Positions 1 through 9,669 of a stretch of DNA of 64,000 nucleotides are shown in pieces; positions within the stretch are counted from its first letter, which is position 1; every line of letters starts with the position of its first letter. Under the pieces are notes generated by a model that was not told the DNA's origin, searched no databases, and saw only the letters and a list, made by a program, of their open reading frames with translations. The DNA is taken from the NCBI GenBank assembly GCA_050014195.1, contig JBEKDT010000002.1:32001-96000 (forward strand), read 5' to 3'. Made by a program: the position numbers and the translations under genes. The stretch is from Desulfomonilia bacterium (lineage in GTDB: Bacteria; Desulfobacterota; Desulfomonilia; UBA1062).

Positions 1-2
1 TA

Positions 3-1103
3 GCTACCAAAGAAGGGAAACTCGGCGGTCCGATCCATGAAGATGTTGAGAAAATACTGATAACCGATAAATACACTCGTGGTATTTGGAGAGAGCCCTT
101 AGCCCCTGGTAAATACAATCTGAATTCGGTTGCTTTCACAGCATATCAAGTGCCTACTTCCGCCGTAACTATTGATTGGGCAACTGAGGGAAGAATCGGG
201 ACAGAGGTAAAGGGTGTTAAATCACCGGAGACTAAAGCTGCGGCGGTCCTATACAGTTTTGATCCCTTGAAGGTGACTTCTAAAGACGGCTTTCAACTGG
301 AAGTCAATGTTCGAATGGTGATTCGAATTCAACCTGGTAATGCGGCTTACATAATAGCTAGATTCGGGTCAGTGGCCAATCTGATTGATCAAATAGTACA
401 TCCGCTGATTGATTCATCTTTCAGAAATAAAGCCGGCGAGAAGAAAGCGATTGATTTTTTCCAAAGCCGGACGGACTTGCAGACAGAAGCACTGGCACAC
501 GCCAAAGAAAGGTTTTCTGAGTACAACGTAGAGGCTCAAAACTTACTCATTGCTTATATCGATATACCTAAGGATTTGTTGGATACACAAACCAAGAAGG
601 AGATTGCCAATCAGCAGCAAGCCCAGTATGACCAGGAGGCGCTAGCTCAGGAAAAACGCATTGCGGTCATGGAAAAATCATCCCGGGCGGATAAACAGAA
701 AGATGTTATTGATGCCAAATTATCTATAGATATCAATAATGATAGGGCTGAGGCCAAAGTTAAGGAGGCTGACGGTATCAGGCGCTCTGTGATTCTCCAA
801 GCGCAAGGTACTAAAGAATCTACAATTCTGGTGGCTGACGGCAATTCTTATAAAAGTAAGATTGAGGGCGACGGTATTGCCGCTGCCTACAATGCCCAGA
901 AGGATGCCATTGGTCAGCAGAATGTAGCGATAATCAAACTCATTCAAGAGATAGCGGCTGGTAAGATTCAGATCGTGCCCCAGGTTCTGGTTAGTGGTGG
1001 GGATGGCGGGGTGAGCGGCAATCTATTAACTGCATGGTTAGCTCAAATGATTTCTCAGAACGTACCGAAAAATGAGGAAAAAGAGATAAATGCGGTTGAA
1101 TAA
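3..1103 (+). CDS. SPFH/band-7 (flotillin-like) protein, 5'-truncated by window edge
   Basis: Frame is open from position 3 (ATKEGKLGG...GIWREPLAPGKYNLN). Band-7 features: VTSKDGFQLEVNV, HPLIDSSFRN, A/E/Q-rich coiled coil, C-terminal IVPQVLVSGG. Confidence 0.85.
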   Translation, partial: ATKEGKLGGPIHEDVEKILITDKYTRGIWREPLAPGKYNLNSVAFTAYQVPTSAVTIDWATEGRIGTEVKGVKSPETKAAAVLYSFDPLKVTSKDGFQLEVNVRMVIRIQPGNAAYIIARFGSVANLIDQIVHPLIDSSFRNKAGEKKAIDFFQSRTDLQTEALAHAKERFSEYNVEAQNLLIAYIDIPKDLLDTQTKKEIANQQQAQYDQEALAQEKRIAVMEKSSRADKQKDVIDAKLSIDINNDRAEAKVKEADGIRRSVILQAQGTKESTILVADGNSYKSKIEGDGIAAAYNAQKDAIGQQNVAIIKLIQEIAAGKIQIVPQVLVSGGDGGVSGNLLTAWLAQMISQNVPKNEEKEINAVE

Positions 1104-1161
1104 TCTGAGCAAGCGGTGAGGACATTCTTGAAATGTGATTGAGTGCAAAACCCATATAACC

Positions 1162-1217
1162 GCCCAACGAGACAATGCAGCCGACGGCTAACGCCGCGGC
1201 TGATTCGCACATCAGTA
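1162..1217 (+). other. Degenerate integron attC-like site
   Basis: GCCCAAC-N5-AATGCAGCCGACGGC-taac-GCCGCGGCTGATT-N5-ATCAGTA. RYYYAAC R'' box and a hairpin with two extra bases on the left arm; the R' GTT is lost. Confidence 0.55.
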
Positions 1218-1336
1218 TCGATATCTGTAATGGATGAGTAATTTTTCAAAGCTTTAGAAGCTATGATATCCGGATGAGATTGAATAAAGCTCCCGGTCTT
1301 ATCTTGGTTTGAAGATCCTCACGCTATCTGCATCAA

Positions 1337-2203
1337 TTAAGTTATGAGAAGATCAATCCCTCCTGTAACAGGGATTGCGGCGCCCGTAATGTACGAAGCC
1401 GCTTCGGAAGCAAGGAAAACAGCTACCTGTGCAACTTCTTCGGGGGTGCCCATTCTCCTGAGGGCAGTACGCTTCTCGATCCGTTCAACCATCTTGTCAT
1501 CATAGAGCTTTACTGCTTCGGTAGCGATAAATCCAGGACATACAGCATTTACGGTAATTCCGTGTCTACCTCCCTCGATGGCGAGTGATTTCGTCAGACC
1601 AACGATGCCAGCCTTGGTGGCCCCGTATGAGGGCTGGAGCCATGCCCCCATGAGGCCTGCAATCGAAGAGACATTGATGATTCTCCCCCACCTCTTGTTT
1701 TTCATGGATTTCCAGACAACGCTTGTGCAATTGAATGAACCCGTGAGATTCACCTTAAGGTCGCGCTCCCATTTCTCGGGGTCCTGCTCTTCGAACTTTC
1801 CAAAGTTGTCCATGACCGCTGCGTTGTTCACAAGAATATCGATCGGGCCGAGCTCTTCTTCCACCTCGCGCACCACTGTACCGACTTCCTCAAAATTTGA
1901 GACATCCATCTTTTTTGCGCAGCTCTTCGATCCCATGACAATGATTTCCTTGGCCGTAGCGATGGTCTTTATCTCGCCTTTCTGTGAAAAATGGCCTGCA
2001 AGAGGGCTATAGGTGCTGAGTCTCTGATTGTCATAATTGGCGTCTTCAACCAGAAGATCGGTCACGGCAACAGCGGCACCGGCAGCTCCCAGGGCCAGAG
2101 CAATGGCCCGGCCGATTCCGCGTGATGCACCTGTCACGAGTGCAGTCTTTCCCTCTAGCACCTTTGCTTGCATCTTTTCACATTTCATAGCTCCACTAAG
2201 CAT
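1337..2203 (-). CDS. SDR family oxidoreductase (FabG/3-hydroxyacyl-CoA dehydrogenase-like)
   Basis: TGASRGIG, NNAA, YGATK catalytic motif, PGFIAT. True start may be 2188 or 2173. Confidence 0.88.
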   Translation of the reverse strand: MLSGAMKCEKMQAKVLEGKTALVTGASRGIGRAIALALGAAGAAVAVTDLLVEDANYDNQRLSTYSPLAGHFSQKGEIKTIATAKEIIVMGSKSCAKKMDVSNFEEVGTVVREVEEELGPIDILVNNAAVMDNFGKFEEQDPEKWERDLKVNLTGSFNCTSVVWKSMKNKRWGRIINVSSIAGLMGAWLQPSYGATKAGIVGLTKSLAIEGGRHGITVNAVCPGFIATEAVKLYDDKMVERIEKRTALRRMGTPEEVAQVAVFLASEAASYITGAAIPVTGGIDLLIT

Positions 2204-2209
2204 TCTGAA

Positions 2210-3244
2210 TTATTTAGTACTTTTAATTCGCCTATTGGAGGTATCAATACCCAGAAGACGACCCAGATTGCCGCCGAACATCTTTGCCCTGTCCTCGTCC
2301 GTGATGGGCTGATACCCGTACTGCATCTGCAGGTCCTCGGGGATCTGGAAGTCTCTCAGACCCATGACCGCGCCCCTGATCTGGGCGGCATACCCGGCAT
2401 AGTCCGTGCCCCAGGTGATCTTGTCCGGACCGACCCACCTCATGGCCTCGCCCAGAAGCTTGGCAAATTTACGCGGCGCCGTAACGGACCAAGGCACCAG
2501 CAGGCTCATGCAGATATAGACATTCGGGTGCTGCATGGCGATCATGTTGAGGTCGTCGCTGTACGGATACCCCATGTGGAAGGCGTTTATCTTGAGCTCG
2601 GGAAAATCACGGGCCACGTCATCGAGCTGGACCGGCAGGGCATACTTGCTCTTTCCGGGCGGCACCCAGCAGAATCCTGTGTGGATATCGAGCACGATGC
2701 CAAGCTCCTGGGCCTTCTCATAGAACGGCCATATCTCTGGGTCGTTCATGTATGTGTCTTCCGGCGGGTAGAACTTGAAGATCTTCGCGCCTTTCTCCTT
2801 GACCCAGTAGGTCATCTCCTTGATGGTGTTCTGAACACCCTTGTGCTTGATGGGCGAGACATTGGGCTGATACATGAACCGGTCAGGATTGGTTTCCACG
2901 ATCTTGGCCATCTGGCCGTTGGTCACCCAACGGGCCGTGTATCCGGTGGAGTCCATCATGGATTCGGGCAGCAGGCAGGCGATGTCGACACCGTACTTGT
3001 CCATGGCCCAGATAATGTTCTCAGGTGAAGCATCCTTGGTCGCTTCTCGTTCTTCCATACCCTCGGCATACGGTGCCAGCATTTCCCACGGGGCTCCGGT
3101 CATGAGCGGCCTCTTGATATTCTCAATGGCCCTCCACCACATTTGCACACCCGGGAAATAGTTCAGATGATCCATATCCCCGATGAGGTGGCACTCCGGG
3201 TCGACCTTGAAATAATTGTCTGTTCCTTTGGCAGCAGTAGTCAT
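2210..3244 (-). CDS. Amidohydrolase_2 family protein (LigI/LigJ/decarboxylase-like TIM barrel)
   Basis: D-x-E-C-H metal motif, KFYPP, IHTG, FPELKINAFHMG, WGTDY. SD AAGGAG before ATG 3244. Confidence 0.85.
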   Translation of the reverse strand: MTTAAKGTDNYFKVDPECHLIGDMDHLNYFPGVQMWWRAIENIKRPLMTGAPWEMLAPYAEGMEEREATKDASPENIIWAMDKYGVDIACLLPESMMDSTGYTARWVTNGQMAKIVETNPDRFMYQPNVSPIKHKGVQNTIKEMTYWVKEKGAKIFKFYPPEDTYMNDPEIWPFYEKAQELGIVLDIHTGFCWVPPGKSKYALPVQLDDVARDFPELKINAFHMGYPYSDDLNMIAMQHPNVYICMSLLVPWSVTAPRKFAKLLGEAMRWVGPDKITWGTDYAGYAAQIRGAVMGLRDFQIPEDLQMQYGYQPITDEDRAKMFGGNLGRLLGIDTSNRRIKSTK

Positions 3245-3324
3245 AGATAATAACTCCTTTTTCCTATGTTTGTTCATGAGTCATTCAACTTTCTTCCTTT
3301 TGAATGCTTACCTCATTCCGGTCC

Positions 3325-4683
3325 CTACCGTGGCGTACGCCCCTGCAGCGGCCTCCAGCTCTTTTCGATATAGCCTAATTCGTTCCTCCACCACGGACGA
3401 TCAAGTGATGGCATAGGCGCTCTCATCACACCCTCGGGGATAAGAGACTCATGTTTCTGCCACGGGCCGATCTTGTATTCATCCATGGCATATTCCCTGC
3501 CCAAGTTCGGATTTTGCGTGCATGCGGGAGTAAGCGCAGCAAGGAAGCGCATGACACATGTGTTGCATCGCGAGCACCGGACGATCTCTTTTTCTTTTCC
3601 GGCTTCAAGCTTGTTCACGTATTCCGGGTCGCAGTAAAGCTGCCTTCCCATTGCCTGGAGGTCGTACTTGCCTTCGGCAATGTTCTTTTCGATCTTGACC
3701 GGATCGTGCTGAGAGGAAACAATAACAGGGATCTTGAGCGCCTTCTTGAATGCCTCTCCATGCTCGGGGATGTGCCTGGAACGGTCCATGTCCGTGATGA
3801 GGTGGCCGCTTTCCTCGTAGCCGGCACCGTCGGACAAACTGATATAATCCATTCCGATAGCCTCCAGGTCCTTCGCAACATCGATCATCTCTTCCTCCGT
3901 CAGGCCGCCCTGCATATGCTCTTCCGCACTAATCCGGCACCCGACGGCAACACCCGGGCAGGCATAGCGGATCTGTTCGGCGACCTCCATGAGGAAACGC
4001 TTGCGGTTGCGCCATTCTCCGCCGTACATATCCGTGCGTTTATTGGAAAGAGGAGATAAGAACTGATGCTCGAGATAGCCGTGCGGGCCGTGAATCTCTA
4101 TGGCATCGAACCCACAGACGACTGCGAGCTGGCAGCTATTGGCGAATTCCTTCTGTTCGCTGCGGATCTCTTCTATGGACATCTCCCGCGTCATTTGCCC
4201 TGTCATATAGTATCTAGTATATTCAATAGCGCTATAAAGATCCGCGAGATGGTTGGGCGATTTTTCAGCTGCTATCTCATAGGGCAGACCGGCAGTCGCA
4301 GCCGGGGCCAGCATATGGTGATCATAAGAATGACCCTGTCTGCCGAAACCAATGGTCATCTGAGCCGCCACCCTGGACCCGAAATAGTGAATTCTGTCGG
4401 TCAGGCTGCCTAGTCCATGCATGTGTCCCTGATGGTAGAGATGCGGATTCCTGCCCGCTGGAAATTCTCCCGCCAGCTTGGTGCCCATGATCGCACCCGT
4501 TGTGATCAGTCCGGTGCCTCCTTTTGCACGAGCGCCAAAATATGCAATATACGGTTCCCCCACTTCACCATGCGCCCCTGATAATGCCTCGTTCATCGGA
4601 GCCATTACGATCCTGTTCTTCAGATCGATGGGACCGATCTTAATAGGTGACAGGATGTGCTTGAATTCACTTTTGCTCGACAT
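3325..4683 (-). CDS. NADH:flavin oxidoreductase (Old Yellow Enzyme family) with Fe-S motif
   Basis: LKNRIVMAPM, GFDAIEIHGPHGYL, NKRTDMYGG, CxxCxxC-x11-C. SD AGGAGG. Confidence 0.9.
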   Translation of the reverse strand: MSSKSEFKHILSPIKIGPIDLKNRIVMAPMNEALSGAHGEVGEPYIAYFGARAKGGTGLITTGAIMGTKLAGEFPAGRNPHLYHQGHMHGLGSLTDRIHYFGSRVAAQMTIGFGRQGHSYDHHMLAPAATAGLPYEIAAEKSPNHLADLYSAIEYTRYYMTGQMTREMSIEEIRSEQKEFANSCQLAVVCGFDAIEIHGPHGYLEHQFLSPLSNKRTDMYGGEWRNRKRFLMEVAEQIRYACPGVAVGCRISAEEHMQGGLTEEEMIDVAKDLEAIGMDYISLSDGAGYEESGHLITDMDRSRHIPEHGEAFKKALKIPVIVSSQHDPVKIEKNIAEGKYDLQAMGRQLYCDPEYVNKLEAGKEKEIVRCSRCNTCVMRFLAALTPACTQNPNLGREYAMDEYKIGPWQKHESLIPEGVMRAPMPSLDRPWWRNELGYIEKSWRPLQGRTPR

Positions 4684-4728
4684 GTTGTAGCCTCCTTTTT
4701 GATATGTTGTTCATGTTACCGAAACTGC

Positions 4729-6291
4729 TCAGCTGATCATCCGGTCCTTTCCTTCCCAGAACTTCTGCTTGATCTCCTTCTTCATGATCTTGCCGATGAT
4801 GGTCTTGGGCAGGTCTTCCCAGAAGGAAACCGCCTTGGGGCACTTGTAGCCCGCCAAGGTTTTCTTGCAGTGGTCGATGATGTCCTGTTCCGTTGCTTCT
4901 GCGCCGGGCTTCAATACCACCACGGCGCGCACGATCTCGCCCCACCCCTCGCCGGGGGACGAAACTACAGAGCACTCCCTCACCGCCGGGTGGGCGTAGA
5001 TCACATCTTCGACCTCTTTCGGGTAGACATTCTCGCCGCCCGAGATGATCATGTCCGCCTTGCGGTCGGTCATGAAGATGTACCCATCCGCGTCCATGTA
5101 ACCCATGTCTCCGGTATGGTACCAACCACCCTTAAGCACCTCTGCGTTCAGCTTCGGGTTCTTCCAGTACCCCTTCATAATGTGTTTGCCGCGAGCACAG
5201 ATCTCACCGATTTCACCTGGACCAAGGGTGTTGTCATCCTCGTCCACGACCTTGACACGCGAGCAGGGGGAAGCCTTGCCGGCACTGGTAAGGTATTTGG
5301 CTTTCGGACCCTCAAGGTAATGATCATCCCAGCTCAGCATGGTCACGGGGGCACCCGCGGTCTCGGTGGAGCCGTAGCCCTGGCCGAAGATGTTGCCGAA
5401 CCTTTTAATACAACGTATCAGGACCTCGGTCGGGAAAGGGCTGCCCGCATAGGACAGGATACGCAGGCTGGACAGATCGTATTTCTCGATATTGGGATAG
5501 TCCGCCATCCAGCCGTAGATCGTGGGCACCAGGTTCATGTGCGTGCATTTTTCGTCCTGGATGAGCTGAAAGATCGTGTCGAGATTGGGTTTGCGGTTGA
5601 TGCAGACCTTACCGCACACGTTCATGATGGCCAGGATCGGCCACCAGGAAACATGGAAGATGGGCAGCACGTAACAGGTTGCGTCGTCCCGGTTCAGGTT
5701 CATGCTCAAGGCGGCCATGGTGCCGGAGAGCATGACGTTGCGGTGCGAAAGCATCACTCCCTTGGGCAGGCCGGTGGTGCCGCCGGTGTACATGAGGATG
5801 GCGAGGTCGTCCTCCTGTACATCATAGAGGTCCGGGTCGGGTTCGTCATCCGTGGCCCCGGCCAGGAGAGCATCGTAGTCGAGAAAGCCATCCACGGGCT
5901 TGTCGAAGCTGATCCAGGATGTTATGTTTTTCAACTGCGGCTTGAAGTTCCGTACCTTCTCCTCATACCCGTCGCCCACGACCAGACGGGTGGCCTCGCT
6001 GTCATTCATGATGAACACCAGTTCCTCGTCACCCAGGCGGGTATTGAGCGGAGTGACGCTCATGCCGAGCTTGGCGGCCGCAAAATAGGCCTCCAGATAC
6101 TTGGCGCAGTTGTCGGCCATGATAGTCATGCGATCGCCTTGCTTGCATCCCAGTGCAATCAGGGCATTGGCAAACTGGTTGATGCGGGCATTGAATTGGC
6201 GATAGGTCCAGCGTGAACCTTCAAACACGACCGCGATGCGATCCGGATAGTAGGCCGCCGCGGTGCGGGGAATATCACCAAGGGTGTACAT
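4729..6291 (-). CDS. Acyl-CoA synthetase (AMP-forming)
   Basis: YTGGTTGLPKG, GYGSTE, GWYHTGDMG, DRKADMIISGGENVYP, LPKTIIGK. SD GAGGAGG before 6291. Confidence 0.92.
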   Translation of the reverse strand: MYTLGDIPRTAAAYYPDRIAVVFEGSRWTYRQFNARINQFANALIALGCKQGDRMTIMADNCAKYLEAYFAAAKLGMSVTPLNTRLGDEELVFIMNDSEATRLVVGDGYEEKVRNFKPQLKNITSWISFDKPVDGFLDYDALLAGATDDEPDPDLYDVQEDDLAILMYTGGTTGLPKGVMLSHRNVMLSGTMAALSMNLNRDDATCYVLPIFHVSWWPILAIMNVCGKVCINRKPNLDTIFQLIQDEKCTHMNLVPTIYGWMADYPNIEKYDLSSLRILSYAGSPFPTEVLIRCIKRFGNIFGQGYGSTETAGAPVTMLSWDDHYLEGPKAKYLTSAGKASPCSRVKVVDEDDNTLGPGEIGEICARGKHIMKGYWKNPKLNAEVLKGGWYHTGDMGYMDADGYIFMTDRKADMIISGGENVYPKEVEDVIYAHPAVRECSVVSSPGEGWGEIVRAVVVLKPGAEATEQDIIDHCKKTLAGYKCPKAVSFWEDLPKTIIGKIMKKEIKQKFWEGKDRMIS

Positions 6292-6348
6292 CGTGCGCCT
6301 CCTCTTCTGGGGGCGGCCACTTTCGCGGCCCCCCACATGCATATTTAA

Positions 6349-7512
6349 TCACGGCCAGGACTTGGGCAGGCCCTGGAACTGCATGAGTATGTTGCGGCTC
6401 ATCTCGTTCGAGATGGGCGAGAACTGGATCTGATAGGCGTCGCGCAAAAACATGGACACCGGGTATTCGTTGCAGATGCCATAGCCGCCGAAGATCTCGG
6501 CCCCATAGGTGCCGGCGTGGCGCGCGCCCTCCGCGGCCACCAGCTTGGCCATGGTGGCCTCAAGGTGATAGGGCTTGCCGTTATCGCAGAGCCAGGCGGC
6601 CTTGTACGTCAGGTTGCGTGAGTTCTCCAGGTTGATGTACATGTCCGCCAGATAGTTCTGGAGGATCTGGAACCGGCTGATGGGCCCGCCGAAGGCGTTA
6701 CGCTCCTTGACGTACTTGAAGCAGAAATCATAGATGGCGGCGATGATGCCGACACCCATCATGGCCACGCCGATACGTTCCGGGTTGAGCACGGTCATGA
6801 TCTCGTAGAAGGCATTGCCGCGCGTGCCCAACATGTTTTCCTTGGGAACTTCCACATTGTCATAGAATATCTCCACACTTTCACAATGATGACAGCTGAT
6901 TTTTCCAATCTTTCGAATCGTTATGCCTGGAGTCTGGCGAGGGACCATTATTGTAGTCCATGATTTACTTTTTTTGGCATCTCTTTCTGTCTTACAGACG
7001 GTAATCAGGGAATCCGCCACATGAGCCCCGGTGATAAATATTTTTTGCCCGTTGATGACCCACCGATCACCCTTGTCTTCGGCAAAAGCAGATAGAGCCC
7101 CCAGGATATCCGTGCCGCCGCCAGGTTCGGTCAATGCCATGCAAGTTTTGAATTTGCCTTCAGCTATAAGTGGCAGATACTTTTCTTTTTGCTCCTTTGT
7201 GCCCAATTCTCCAATGAAACGAACACCAAATCCCGCTGTAGTGCCTACCGCCAAAGCAACAGACATGGACGCCTTACAGATTTGCTCAAAGCCTACCATT
7301 ACGTCGATCATCCCCAGGCCTTGCCCCCCGTATTCAACCGGCACCGCTGCGGAAAACATCCCTAAATCAGCGAATTTTTGCCAAAGATCGTCCGGAGGAA
7401 AATCAACATTTTCATCCATCCATTTCACATATTCATAATTTAACTCCTTCGCGCAGAACCGCTGCATGGTCTGTTGCACAAGGAGCTGTTCCTCGGTAAA
7501 TCCGAAATCCAT
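6349..7512 (-). CDS. Acyl-CoA dehydrogenase
   Basis: ALTEPGGGTD, INGQKIFIT, ERNAFGGPI, IFGGYG. Confidence 0.93.
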   Translation of the reverse strand: MDFGFTEEQLLVQQTMQRFCAKELNYEYVKWMDENVDFPPDDLWQKFADLGMFSAAVPVEYGGQGLGMIDVMVGFEQICKASMSVALAVGTTAGFGVRFIGELGTKEQKEKYLPLIAEGKFKTCMALTEPGGGTDILGALSAFAEDKGDRWVINGQKIFITGAHVADSLITVCKTERDAKKSKSWTTIMVPRQTPGITIRKIGKISCHHCESVEIFYDNVEVPKENMLGTRGNAFYEIMTVLNPERIGVAMMGVGIIAAIYDFCFKYVKERNAFGGPISRFQILQNYLADMYINLENSRNLTYKAAWLCDNGKPYHLEATMAKLVAAEGARHAGTYGAEIFGGYGICNEYPVSMFLRDAYQIQFSPISNEMSRNILMQFQGLPKSWP

Positions 7513-7536
7513 GGCCTTCCTCCTATCTTTCTTTGG

Positions 7537-8340
7537 CTAAGGCATATTTCTCACAATGCTCGGTTCGATCATGTACCAGAGACGCTCCGGCATTATCCTC
7601 GCTGCCACATACGCAATTTTATTCCCCACACCGGGAATACATAACACGCTGTTCTTTTTCTTCAGCTCACGCAATGAAGCGATAATGACTTCTTCAGGCC
7701 GCATCCATTTTCTTGTGGGTTTGTCCTCTATTACATTCATGTCTACATCGATGCCTCTACCGAGGTCAGTTCTCGTGAAGCCGGGAAGCAAACACTGAAC
7801 CTTCACTCCATAGGCCCTTGCCTCACAATGGAGGCACATGGAAAAATTTTTCATGAATGCCTTGGCGGAACTGTACGTAGTGCTCAGGGACATGGGAGTA
7901 ACCGCTTGAAGGGACGCCACATTGATAATAGTCCCGGATCTTCTTTCTATCATGCCGGGAAGGACTGCATGGGTCAGCTTCATCATAGCAACCACATGTA
8001 CAAGAACCATCTTTTCCTGCTCAACAATGTCTTCCTGGTAGTAGAAGCCCTTTGTAGTGAATCCGGCGTTGTTTACCAGGATATCGACTGGACAATCTTT
8101 CTTGATTTGCTCAACGAGTAGATCAACATCCCTTTCATCTGATAATTCAGTGATTACTACATTAACTCTCACCCCAAACTTTTTTTCGATCTCACGTGCG
8201 ACGTTCTCGATGATATTTCTTCTCCGGCCGGTGATGATGAGATCGTAACCCCGTTCTGCCAGACCATGGGCATATGCGGCACCGATGCCACTTGTTGCAC
8301 CGGTGATCACAGCTTTTTTTCTTCCATTTGGTGTGAGCAT
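7537..8340 (-). CDS. SDR family oxidoreductase
   Basis: TGATSGIG, LVNNAG, YSSAK, PGFTRT. Confidence 0.88.
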   Translation of the reverse strand: MLTPNGRKKAVITGATSGIGAAYAHGLAERGYDLIITGRRRNIIENVAREIEKKFGVRVNVVITELSDERDVDLLVEQIKKDCPVDILVNNAGFTTKGFYYQEDIVEQEKMVLVHVVAMMKLTHAVLPGMIERRSGTIINVASLQAVTPMSLSTTYSSAKAFMKNFSMCLHCEARAYGVKVQCLLPGFTRTDLGRGIDVDMNVIEDKPTRKWMRPEEVIIASLRELKKKNSVLCIPGVGNKIAYVAARIMPERLWYMIEPSIVRNMP

Positions 8341-8414
8341 TAATAGTTCACCTTACTCCTCAATAACCTCAATTCGATCATATCGAGGCAATCCCTTCAT
8401 CCTTTGGGGTCTCC

Positions 8415-9239
8415 TTACTTTTTCTTGTCCGAGGCGACATTGGCCTGTTTCTGAGCGGCCACCAGAACCTCAGGCTTTTCGCGTAAGGTGTCCATCACCG
8501 CCTGGATGTCAGGGGAATAGATCAGCCACTGGATGGCATTGCGTTCCAGAGCCAGGGCCGCATCCAGGCTGCCGCACTCCAGCGAGCGCCCCATGACCTC
8601 CTTGGCCATGCGCAAGGCAATGACCTTCTTGGAGCTGATGTTCGTCACTACTTCGTTGAACTTGGCTTCGAACTCGTCGTCCTTGAACACGCGGGTGAGG
8701 AATCCCATCTCGTACATGTCCCTGGCCAGGAAATCCTTGCGGCCGCTGTAGATGATTTCGCGTGCCCTGTAGATGGGCATGGCACGAGCAATGCGCACCG
8801 TACCGCCCCATCCGGGCAGAATACCCATGTTGATTTCGGTGGTGCCGAACTTCGCTGACTCCTTGGCATAGATCAGGTCACACATAAGCGCCAGCTCGAG
8901 ACCGCCTGCAAGACAGTGGCCTGTTACCTTGGCGATGACCACCTTCTCGCAGAGCTCGATGGCCTTGCCGATACCGTAACCATCATGCGCAAGCCAGTTC
9001 ATGGATTCCGTGTGCTCGGCAAGGGATGGGAACACGCTCAGATCGCCGCCTGTGCAGAAGGCCTTGCCCTGCCCGGTGAGAACTACAACCGCAACATCGG
9101 CTTCATCTCTTACCTTACGGAATGCATCCAGGAGTTCCGAGGCCATCTCACGGTTGATGGCATTGTACTTATCCGGCCGGTTGAGCGTTATGGAGCAGAC
9201 TGGGACGTTGATCTCATAAAGGATGGTAGTATATTCCAC
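8415..9239 (-). CDS. Enoyl-CoA hydratase/isomerase
   Basis: LNRPDKYNAI, AFCTGGDL, GGLELALMCD, TEINMGILPGWGG (both catalytic Glu present). Confidence 0.92.
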   Translation of the reverse strand: MEYTTILYEINVPVCSITLNRPDKYNAINREMASELLDAFRKVRDEADVAVVVLTGQGKAFCTGGDLSVFPSLAEHTESMNWLAHDGYGIGKAIELCEKVVIAKVTGHCLAGGLELALMCDLIYAKESAKFGTTEINMGILPGWGGTVRIARAMPIYRAREIIYSGRKDFLARDMYEMGFLTRVFKDDEFEAKFNEVVTNISSKKVIALRMAKEVMGRSLECGSLDAALALERNAIQWLIYSPDIQAVMDTLREKPEVLVAAQKQANVASDKKK

Positions 9240-9254
9240 TGAGTACCTCCTGAA

Positions 9255-9668
9255 TTACTTCTTAGCCGGCCTGAAATATGGCAGGAAAAAACCTTCGCGC
9301 TCGTGGAAAACCACCTCGACCTCCATGTCGAACTTGATGTCCTCGGGTTTGCACTCCACGATCCTAGTCATCATGCGGATACCCTCATCCAGGTCGACAT
9401 AGGCTATCGTATAGGGCAGTTCGTCCATAAATTTGGGCTCCACCATGCTGTATGCCGTTGAGAAGGTTAAGATCTTCCCTTTGCCGCTGGCCTCTTTCCA
9501 GTCCAGATTGCCTGACCAACACTCGGGGCAGAATTTTCTGGGGTAGAATATGTTCGAGCCGCAGTCCTTGCAGAACTGGATGAAGAGCTTGCCCTGCTTT
9601 GTGCCCTCCCAGAATTTCTCGGACCATGGCTGCGTCTCGGGGACGGGTTTGGTCATATCAAAATCCAT
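9255..9668 (-). CDS. DUF35 Zn-ribbon/OB-fold protein (thiolase-fold partner)
   Basis: FWEG, CKDC..YPRKFCPEC, LPYTIAYVDLDEG. Directly downstream of the thiolase-fold gene. Confidence 0.9.
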   Translation of the reverse strand: MDFDMTKPVPETQPWSEKFWEGTKQGKLFIQFCKDCGSNIFYPRKFCPECWSGNLDWKEASGKGKILTFSTAYSMVEPKFMDELPYTIAYVDLDEGIRMMTRIVECKPEDIKFDMEVEVVFHEREGFFLPYFRPAKK

Positions 9669-9669
9669 G

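Noticed and set aside
4657-6216. 519-aa plus-strand ORF (and similar long shadow ORFs at 2168-3028, 14559-15488, 17778-18764, 46477-47247, 49096-50058)
   Set aside because: Antisense to well-supported genes in GC-rich DNA, with no recognisable motifs.
6308-6336. GC hairpin between the ACAD and CoA-ligase genes
   Set aside because: Imperfect, no U tract, single copy. At most an mRNA-stability element.
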